A stretch of DNA of 64,000 nt from contig MFHE01000007.1 of assembly GCA_001778495.1 (NCBI GenBank), positions 3,996-67,995 on the forward strand. The letters run 5' to 3'. Numbering within the stretch: the stretch's first letter is position 1; every line of letters begins with the position of its first letter. Source of the DNA: Candidatus Giovannonibacteria bacterium RIFCSPHIGHO2_01_FULL_45_24. GTDB taxonomy: Bacteria; Patescibacteriota; Minisyncoccia; UBA11713; 2-01-FULL-45-33. The notes under the pieces are model-generated. The model had not been told where the DNA came from. It did not search any database and was given only the letters and a program-made list of their open reading frames with translations. Positions 57,102 through 64,000 of the stretch are shown piece after piece. Made by a program: the position numbers and the translations under genes.

Positions 57102-57555
57102 ATTCCGGCTCGGATTCCGCTTGCGCTTTCTGATAACGCTCTCTTATAGCGATGAGAATCTTTCTTAAAGAATTATGGACTTTAGCATCGCGCTCGTCAG
57201 CCATCGCGCCGGCTATTTTGCTGGCCGCCAAATCCAGCCGAAAAAGATCAGAATTATGTAAAAACGTCATAGTAGCCTCTAAAAAGGCCGCGGCTCTGTG
57301 CCGATCTTTATTTTTGAAATCATCCAGTACGCAATCGAGCAAATTGAGCACGACTTCCTGCATCGCTTTCCGTTCCTGTGAGCAAAACGCCCTCGCCCAC
57401 ATGTCGCCGAAATAGAGATCGTAAAGAACCCGGAAAGCTTCTGGATCGTGCCGCTCACTTACTTTATCAAAAAGCTGACGCCTTTCTTCCGGCGAGCGTG
57501 CCGCGGCATTCACTGCCACCACTCTCTCAACATCCGCCATTGTCGCTGTAACCAT
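57100..57555 (-). CDS. Hypothetical helical protein (orphan cassette)
   Basis: SD AAAGGAGG; own terminator; divergent from dnaE. Confidence 0.65.
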   Translation of the reverse strand: MVTATMADVERVVAVNAAARSPEERRQLFDKVSERHDPEAFRVLYDLYFGDMWARAFCSQERKAMQEVVLNLLDCVLDDFKNKDRHRAAAFLEATMTFLHNSDLFRLDLAASKIAGAMADERDAKVHNSLRKILIAIRERYQKAQAESEPE

Positions 57556-57630
57556 AATGCCTCCTTTTTTCCTTATTCTTTCTCTAAAACCAAGCTAGCA
57601 TATCTCCGAATTTTTGTCTAGAATGGCATC

Positions 57631-60600
57631 ATGTCGTTTGTGCATCTTCACACTCACTCGCACTATTCGCTTTTGGACGGCCTTGCCAAAATCGGCGACT
57701 TGGTCGGCGAAGCAAAACAAATGGGCATGCCCGCGATCGCCCTCACCGACCACGGAAATCTTTACGGCGCCGTGGAATTTTACAAGGCCTGCAAAAAAGC
57801 CAGCATAAAACCGATTATCGGACTTGAAGCGTATGTGGCGGCCGGCTCTCTTTACGAAAAACGCCCGGGCGTTGACGACAAACGTTACCACCTGGTCTTG
57901 CTTTCAAAAAATTTTGAAGGATATAAAAATCTGGTAAAGCTGGTCACAGTATCGCATCTGGATGGCTTTTATTACAAGCCCAGGATTGATCGGGAAGTTT
58001 TAAAAAAGCACAGAGAGGGATTAATCGGCCTCTCCGGCTGCATGACCGGGGAAATCCCAAGGGCGCTTCTCTCCGACGACGAAGCCCGGGCGGAAAAATT
58101 GTTGCGCGAATACCAGAATATTTTTGGAGAAAAAAACTTTTTTATAGAAATCGGGAGCCACCCCAACGTCCCGAATTACGAATTCCTCAAAAAACGGCTA
58201 ATTGCTTTTGCGAATAAATTCGGGGCCCCGCTTGTGGCCACCCAGGACGTCCATTATTTAAAAAAGGAAGACGCCTCGGCGCACGACGTGCTTTTGGCAG
58301 TGCAGACTAACACCCGGCTGGATGATGAGGACCGGCTGACGATGAAAGACGATGACTACTCACTCCGAAGCCCGGAAGAGATGCGCGGGCTGTTTTCGGA
58401 CACTCCCGAGGCACCGGAAAACACCTTAAAAATCGCGGGGGAGTGCGGACTGGAGCTCCCGCTTGGCAAAATCCAACTGCCGCATTTTGAGGGGCCTAAA
58501 GGAGAAACGCCGGCCTCTTATTTGACAAAACTCTGTAGAGGAGGCCTGAAAAAAAGATATGGGGCTAGCGCTAGCAGCGAGATAAAAAAACGACTGGGAT
58601 ATGAGCTTTCGGTCATAGAAAAAACCGGGTTCGTTGAATATTTTTTAGTGGTCTGGGATTTTGTCCATTGGGCGAAAATGAATAAAATCGTTGTCGGCCC
58701 CGGCAGAGGATCCGCGGCCGGTTCTTTAATTGCCTATGTTTTGGAAATCACCAACGTTGACCCAATAAAATATAACTTAATTTTTGAAAGGTTCTTAAAC
58801 CCCGCGAGGATAGAGCCGCCGGACATTGACCTTGATTTCGCCGATACCCGGCGCGACGAAGTTATTGAATATGTCGCGCAAAAATACGGAAGGGGCCGCG
58901 TGGCGCAAATTATAACCTTCGGCACAATGGCAGCGCGCGCCGCCATCCGCGACGCTGGCAGAGCGTTAGGCATAGGATTGGCTCTGGCCGACCAGGTCGC
59001 CAAGATGATTCCGTTTAACCCCAACCAGGGCGAGCACGAAGGATACCTCAAACAATGCCTCAAGAGCGTTTCGGACCTCAAAAATATTTACGAAACGAAT
59101 CCCGAAGCGAAACGCATGCTGGATGCCGCCATAAAACTGGAAGGGGTGGCCAGGCACGCTTCAGTGCACGCCTCGGGCGTCGTAATTACCAAAGAGCCGC
59201 TTTCGGACTTAGTGCCCCTGCAGAAAGCGGCTGTGCGCGGAGACGAGGGCGCAAGGCAGGAAACAATTGTCACCCAATACGACATGCACGCGGTTTTGGA
59301 CCTGGGGCTTTTGAAAATGGATTTTCTGGGGCTGAAAAATTTGAGCATAATTGAAAACGCCCTGAATCTCGTAAAAAATCGGCACGGCAAAGAAATTGAC
59401 GTGCAAAATCTTAATTTAGACGACCCTGGTCCCTACAAAATGCTGGGCGAAGGCAAAACCGTGGGTGTGTTTCAGCTTGAAGGCAGCGGGATGACAAGGT
59501 ATTTAAAAGAACTGGGGCCGACGAGCATTGAAGACATTATCGCCATGATTTCGCTTTTCCGCCCGGGGCCGATGGAGCTAATCCCCTCTTTTATCGCAAG
59601 GAAGCACGGCCAAGAAAAAGTCGCGTACCTCCATCCGAAACTTGAACCGATTCTGAAAAACACCTACGGCATAGCCGTTTATCAGGAACAGCTCATGCAA
59701 ATAGCGAGAGATTTGGCGGGATTCACGATGGCCGAGGCCGATATTTTGCGCAAAGCCATCGGCAAAAAAATCAGGAAACTTTTGGAGGAGCAGAAAGAAA
59801 AATTCGTCGCCGGAATGATAATAAACAAAATCCCTCCGACAACCGCGAAAGAGCTCGGCGAGCTTTTGGAGCCCTTTTCCAGATACGGCTTCAACAGGTC
59901 CCACGCCGCCTCCTACGCCATGCTGGGTTTCCAGACCGCTTATCTGAAATATTATTATCCCCTGGAATTTATGACCGCGCTTTTTAACGCCGACAAAAAA
60001 GACACCGATCGCATCGCCTTTTTGATAAAAGAATGCAAAGGCATGGGGCTGGCGGTGCTTCCGCCGACCGTCAACCAAAGCGATAAAATTTTCGCGATCC
60101 CGGAAAATTCCAAAAAGGAAATACGTTTCGGGCTCTCCTCCATTAAAAACGTGGGGGAAGGCGTAGTCCGTGCAATTATTGACGAGAGAAAAAAGAACGG
60201 TCCCTACAAATCTCTGGCTGATTTTCTGGAAAGGGCCGAATCAAAGGATCTAAATAAAAAATCCATGGAATCACTGGCCAAGGCCGGGGCTCTGGACGAA
60301 CTAGGCGAAAGAAACGGGATTTTGGCGAATATGGACAGAATTTTGGAATACGCCAAATCCTCGCATCTGGCTTCCTCCGCCAGCCAATCCTCGCTCTTTA
60401 GCGTAATGCCTGATAAAACATCAGTCCCGCCGCTCCGATTGGAAAAAGCTTGGCCGGCCACGCTGGACGAAAGATTGAATTGGGAAAAAGAGCTTTTGGG
60501 GCTCTACATATCCGGACACCCCCTGGAAAAAGCGCGAGCGAAGCTTGCCAATCAAAATCTTCTTACAATAGAGGATTTCAAAAACAAAAAGCCGGCTTCT

Positions 60601-60840
60601 CCGGTGACTTTAGCGGCGCTTATATCGCAAACGCGCCGGATTTTCACGAAAACCGGCGAATCAATGTATTTTTTGAAATTGCAGGACACAACCGATGAAA
60701 TTGAGGCGGTTGTTTTCCCGCGGGCGCTCCGCGACGCCGCCGAGCACATCTTGGAAAACAACTGCGTCGCCATCCGCGGCAAATACTCCTTCCGCAACGG
60801 CTCCCCCTCCATCATTGCGGAAGAGATTAAAAAAATATAA
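57631..60840 (+). CDS. dnaE: DNA polymerase III alpha subunit
   Basis: PHP HLHTHSHYSLLDG, TDHG, GRGSAAGS, PDIDLDF, KMDFLGL, YGFNRSHA, OB domain; no intein. Confidence 0.98.
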   Translation: MSFVHLHTHSHYSLLDGLAKIGDLVGEAKQMGMPAIALTDHGNLYGAVEFYKACKKASIKPIIGLEAYVAAGSLYEKRPGVDDKRYHLVLLSKNFEGYKNLVKLVTVSHLDGFYYKPRIDREVLKKHREGLIGLSGCMTGEIPRALLSDDEARAEKLLREYQNIFGEKNFFIEIGSHPNVPNYEFLKKRLIAFANKFGAPLVATQDVHYLKKEDASAHDVLLAVQTNTRLDDEDRLTMKDDDYSLRSPEEMRGLFSDTPEAPENTLKIAGECGLELPLGKIQLPHFEGPKGETPASYLTKLCRGGLKKRYGASASSEIKKRLGYELSVIEKTGFVEYFLVVWDFVHWAKMNKIVVGPGRGSAAGSLIAYVLEITNVDPIKYNLIFERFLNPARIEPPDIDLDFADTRRDEVIEYVAQKYGRGRVAQIITFGTMAARAAIRDAGRALGIGLALADQVAKMIPFNPNQGEHEGYLKQCLKSVSDLKNIYETNPEAKRMLDAAIKLEGVARHASVHASGVVITKEPLSDLVPLQKAAVRGDEGARQETIVTQYDMHAVLDLGLLKMDFLGLKNLSIIENALNLVKNRHGKEIDVQNLNLDDPGPYKMLGEGKTVGVFQLEGSGMTRYLKELGPTSIEDIIAMISLFRPGPMELIPSFIARKHGQEKVAYLHPKLEPILKNTYGIAVYQEQLMQIARDLAGFTMAEADILRKAIGKKIRKLLEEQKEKFVAGMIINKIPPTTAKELGELLEPFSRYGFNRSHAASYAMLGFQTAYLKYYYPLEFMTALFNADKKDTDRIAFLIKECKGMGLAVLPPTVNQSDKIFAIPENSKKEIRFGLSSIKNVGEGVVRAIIDERKKNGPYKSLADFLERAESKDLNKKSMESLAKAGALDELGERNGILANMDRILEYAKSSHLASSASQSSLFSVMPDKTSVPPLRLEKAWPATLDERLNWEKELLGLYISGHPLEKARAKLANQNLLTIEDFKNKKPASPVTLAALISQTRRIFTKTGESMYFLKLQDTTDEIEAVVFPRALRDAAEHILENNCVAIRGKYSFRNGSPSIIAEEIKKI

Positions 60841-60849
60841 AATAAGTAA

Positions 60850-62049
60850 ATGCCCGAAAGCAAGAGAAAGCGCCGCGACCATAGGGAACTGGGCCAGGAA
60901 ATGGACCTTTTTTCGTTTCATGAAATCGCGCCGGGGGCGCCTTTTTGGCACCCAAAAGGCATGATAATTTTCAGAGAGCTTGAGAAAAAAGCGCGCGAAA
61001 TCAACGACCGCGAAGGATACGACGAAATTTCAACGCCGATTTTGGTAAAAAAGGAGGTTTTTGAAAAATCAGGCCATTGGGAGCATTACCGCGACAATAT
61101 GTTCTGGTTCAAAAATCCAGTGGACGAAAACGAGGTTTTGGCCATAAAGCCGATGAATTGCCCCGAGTCAACTTATGTTTATAATTCCGAAATCAGAAGC
61201 TACCGCGATCTGCCGCTTCGGCTTGCCGAAATCGGCCGGCTTCACAGAAACGAGCTTTCAGGAACTTTGGGCGGACTTTTCCGCGTGCGGCAAATCACGA
61301 TGGACGACGCCCATGTTTTCGTGCGTCCGGACCAAACTTCGGAAGAAATTTTCAATACACTAAAAATAATCAGCGATTTTTATGAAATGCTTGGTTTTGA
61401 ACCTCGGTATTTTTTAGCCACGCGCCCCAAAAAAGCTTTGGGAGACAAAAAGGCATGGGATATGGCCGAGAACGCGCTGAAAGAAGCGCTAAAAAAAGCA
61501 AAAATAAAATACGAAGTCGCAGAGGGCGAGGGCGCTTTTTACGGACCCAAAGTGGAAGTTCATATTAAAGACAGCCAAGGGCGGGATTGGCAGCTTGGAA
61601 CCGCCCAGCTGGATTTGGTTATGCTTCCGGAAAAATTTGATCTGGCTTACATAGACGAAAACGGCGCGCGTCAAAAACCAATGGTTATACACCGCGCGAT
61701 TTTCGGGTCATTTGAAAGATTTATCGGAATTTTACTTGAACACTTTGACGGCGCGCTCCCATTTTGGCTGTCCCCAACTCAAGTCGCCGTTCTGACAATA
61801 AACGAAAAGGTTTCGGACTACGCTAAAAAGGTTTATAAAGAGCTTAAAGCAAAAAATATCCGCGTTGAGCTGGACTCGCGCAACGAAACCATCGCCAAAA
61901 AAATCAGGGATGCCGAAGTCCAGCGCGTCCCTTATCTTTTGGTGATTGGCGAAAAAGAAATTAAAGAGAATAAAGTTGCCGTCCGCGAGCGCGACAAAGG
62001 GGACTTGGGGGCAAAAACTCTTGAGGAATTTTTAAAAATGATAAAATAA
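60850..62049 (+). CDS. thrS: Threonine--tRNA ligase lacking TGS and editing domains
   Basis: Starts at RDHRELG; KPMNCP, HRNE.SG.L.GL.RVR, GAFYGPK, HRA..GS.ERF. Confidence 0.95.
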   Translation: MPESKRKRRDHRELGQEMDLFSFHEIAPGAPFWHPKGMIIFRELEKKAREINDREGYDEISTPILVKKEVFEKSGHWEHYRDNMFWFKNPVDENEVLAIKPMNCPESTYVYNSEIRSYRDLPLRLAEIGRLHRNELSGTLGGLFRVRQITMDDAHVFVRPDQTSEEIFNTLKIISDFYEMLGFEPRYFLATRPKKALGDKKAWDMAENALKEALKKAKIKYEVAEGEGAFYGPKVEVHIKDSQGRDWQLGTAQLDLVMLPEKFDLAYIDENGARQKPMVIHRAIFGSFERFIGILLEHFDGALPFWLSPTQVAVLTINEKVSDYAKKVYKELKAKNIRVELDSRNETIAKKIRDAEVQRVPYLLVIGEKEIKENKVAVRERDKGDLGAKTLEEFLKMIK

Positions 62050-62064
62050 AACAGCGGCCTGTGT

Positions 62065-62448
62065 CTACAAGCCGCGCACATGCTGGGCCGCCTTCCAAAA
62101 ATCGCTAAGTTCTTGCTGTCGGATTTCGTCTTCTGCAGCTGCCTCCAGCAACGCATCCTCGATAACTGCCTGCGGGATTGATGAAGCAACCGACGAATTC
62201 AATCCAATTTCCTCAAGAATATTGAGAAAACTTATGGTGTCCAGACACTCAATACAAGCGGCTTTCTCGTCCGGATAGTAATCAATGCGTTGGCAGCCAT
62301 GTTGCGAATGAACACGCTCCTGCCTAAAAAATCTTCGCTCCGTTGAAGTTTTCGGCGCGTCCAGCACCAATTCAGACAGGCCCAAGGCGTCGCTTAGGCC
62401 AAGCGGCAAATCGCGAATATTCAAAACCTTAAATTTTTTAATTGACAT
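62065..62448 (-). CDS. Hypothetical protein (orphan), CxxC
   Basis: SD AGGAGG before ATG 62448; H..HGC...ACIEC. Confidence 0.6.
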   Translation of the reverse strand: MSIKKFKVLNIRDLPLGLSDALGLSELVLDAPKTSTERRFFRQERVHSQHGCQRIDYYPDEKAACIECLDTISFLNILEEIGLNSSVASSIPQAVIEDALLEAAAEDEIRQQELSDFWKAAQHVRGL

Positions 62449-62480
62449 ATAACTATCCTCCTGATTCAATACTAGCAAAA

Positions 62481-63407
62481 ATGATAAAAAAACGCAAACT
62501 CATCATAATTGTCGGGCCGAATGCCTCGGGGAAATCGGAGTTGGGAGTAAAATTGGCCAAAAAATTAAACGGTGAGATTATCTCCACCGACTCGCGGCAG
62601 GTATATAAGGGGCTTAACGTCGGTTCCGGAAAAATCACAAAAAAAGAGATGCGCGGGGTGCGGCACCACTGCTTGAGCGTCGCCAATCCGAAAAAAGTTT
62701 TTACCGCACTGGATTTTAAAAAATGCGCAGAGAAAGCAATCGCTACGATATATCGTAGCGGCAAAACGCCGATAATAGTCGGCGGCGCCGGTTTTTATAT
62801 TGACGCGGCGCTAGGCCGCGTGAAATTGGGCGGGGTGCCGCCGAATTTTAAACTTCGCAAACGACTTTCCAAAAAATCCGCTCTGGAGCTTTTGAAAATA
62901 CTTAAAAAACTTGACCCGAAACGCGCAAAAACTATTGAACAGAAAAACCCCCGGCGGTTGATAAGGGCGATTGAGATTGCTTTGCTGAAAAAAAAGTGCC
63001 GTGGTGTTAATTTTGCGGGTTTTGCGAGCACGCAACCCCGAGGACCGCTTGGTGGTCGCGAGGAAAGCAAAATTAATACCGCGGCACTGGTATGGATCGG
63101 AATAAGGCGCCCGCCGGAAGAACTAAAAAAACGAATCCGTGCGCGCTTAAACAAACGCCTCCCAAACATTATCCGCGAAGTAAAAAGGCTCCGTCGCGGA
63201 GGCCTAAGCTGGAAACGGCTTTATGATTTGGGACTGGAATACCGCTATGTTTCACTTTATTTACAAAAGAAACTATCTAAAGATGAAATGGTACAAAAAA
63301 TCCTCACCGAATCCTGGCATTATGCCAAACGCCAGATGACTTGGTTCAAGCGCAACAAAAAAATTAGGTGGATTCCTAACCCAAAATCTTTGCCAACAAT
63401 TCTTTGA
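62481..63407 (+). CDS. miaA: tRNA dimethylallyltransferase
   Basis: GPNASGKS, DSRQVY, GGAGFY, RRLIRAIEI, YAKRQMTWF. Confidence 0.96.
   Translation: MIKKRKLIIIVGPNASGKSELGVKLAKKLNGEIISTDSRQVYKGLNVGSGKITKKEMRGVRHHCLSVANPKKVFTALDFKKCAEKAIATIYRSGKTPIIVGGAGFYIDAALGRVKLGGVPPNFKLRKRLSKKSALELLKILKKLDPKRAKTIEQKNPRRLIRAIEIALLKKKCRGVNFAGFASTQPRGPLGGREESKINTAALVWIGIRRPPEELKKRIRARLNKRLPNIIREVKRLRRGGLSWKRLYDLGLEYRYVSLYLQKKLSKDEMVQKILTESWHYAKRQMTWFKRNKKIRWIPNPKSLPTIL
62995..63088. repeat. 94-bp element with 22-bp terminal inverted repeats inside miaA
   Basis: AGTGCCGTGGTGTTAATTTTGC ... GCAAAATTAATACCGCGGCACT (20/22). Confidence 0.82.
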
Positions 63408-64000
63408 TTTTATCTGGGTTTGAAGCGCCTTTGGTTTCTCTCATTACTTGACCCATCAAAAATTGGAGAGATTGCTGTTTCCCTTTTTTATAATCTTCAA
63501 CCGCTTTCTGGTTTTCAGAAATAATTTTTTTGGCGATTTCCAAAAGAGCGACTTCGTCCCCTACTTGCTTGAGTCCCTTGGATTCTATAATTGTTGAGGG
63601 GTCGCAGCCCCGCTCAACCATAACGCGCAAAACGTCTTTGGCGACGCGCGAAGTGATTTCCTTTTTATAAATCATTTTAATCAGCTCCGCGAAATTTTCC
63701 GGACTCATCAAAAGCTCGTCCGGCGAAATTTCTTTTTCTTTAATAAGGCCGAGAAAATCGGAAGTAAAATAATTAGCAGCCAATTTCATGGCTTCAAGGA
63801 ATTTTTTTGGGTTTTCCTCTCCCATCCAATCTCTCAACTCCGAAATAACTTTTTCCCAAAAAGCGGCAAGCGAGCGTTCACTAACCAGAGTTTCAACTAA
63901 ATCAGCCGAAATTCCGTATTCCTCTGTAAATCTCTTTCTTTTTTGCTCCGGCAGTTCGGGGATAGTCGCACGCAGTTTTTCAATGTATTCATCAGAAAAC
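63376..64000 (-). CDS. gatB: Asp/Glu-tRNA amidotransferase subunit B, 3' part (runs off window)
   Basis: Frame open to window end: IPELPEQKRKRF; C-terminal EN..AV.DY..GK....FLMGQVM..TKG. Confidence 0.93.
   Translation of the reverse strand, partial: FSDEYIEKLRATIPELPEQKRKRFTEEYGISADLVETLVSERSLAAFWEKVISELRDWMGEENPKKFLEAMKLAANYFTSDFLGLIKEKEISPDELLMSPENFAELIKMIYKKEITSRVAKDVLRVMVERGCDPSTIIESKGLKQVGDEVALLEIAKKIISENQKAVEDYKKGKQQSLQFLMGQVMRETKGASNPDKIKELLAKILG

Noticed and set aside
57631..60840. Inteins in dnaE (and dnaB)
   Set aside because: Normal lengths and no intein or homing-endonuclease motifs.
63838..64000. gatB as a truncated pseudogene
   Set aside because: The frame stays open to the window edge; the gene simply starts outside the window.

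Overview
Bacterial chromosomal window, most consistent with a Patescibacteria/CPR (Parcubacteria-like) genome. This is an inference from the compact genes, shortened aminoacyl-tRNA synthetases, short SMC, PaaX/Cas2-like paralogues and scarcity of Shine-Dalgarno sites on core genes. Standard code 11 fits. Most of the window is housekeeping: dnaB, cysS, gltX, murG-ftsW-mraY, scpAB, aspS, hrcA-grpE-dnaK-dnaJ with a CIRCE, the infA-rpmJ-rpsMKD-rpoA-rplQ-rplM-rpsI block, alaS, mnmA, smc-rnc-nusB-rpmF, rnhB, dnaE, thrS, miaA, partial gatB and one tRNA-Lys(UUU). Accessory content: an AT-rich restriction-modification pair, a copper/thiol-redox cluster, TraT and many single-gene orphan cassettes. The best candidate for an undescribed system is a coupled four-gene operon at 20906-25643 (ThiF adenylyltransferase, LuxI/FeeM-like acyltransferase candidate, nitroreductase-like oxidase, 7TM histidine kinase). 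It resembles an oxazolone/acyl-amino-acid signal synthase packaged with its receptor. Also notable: a PaaX/Cas2-like gene bracketed by 33-bp palindromic direct repeats, related CGATCG-centred palindromes elsewhere, and several families of palindromic elements sitting in frame inside essential genes. All calls come from reading motifs by eye; no database searches were run.
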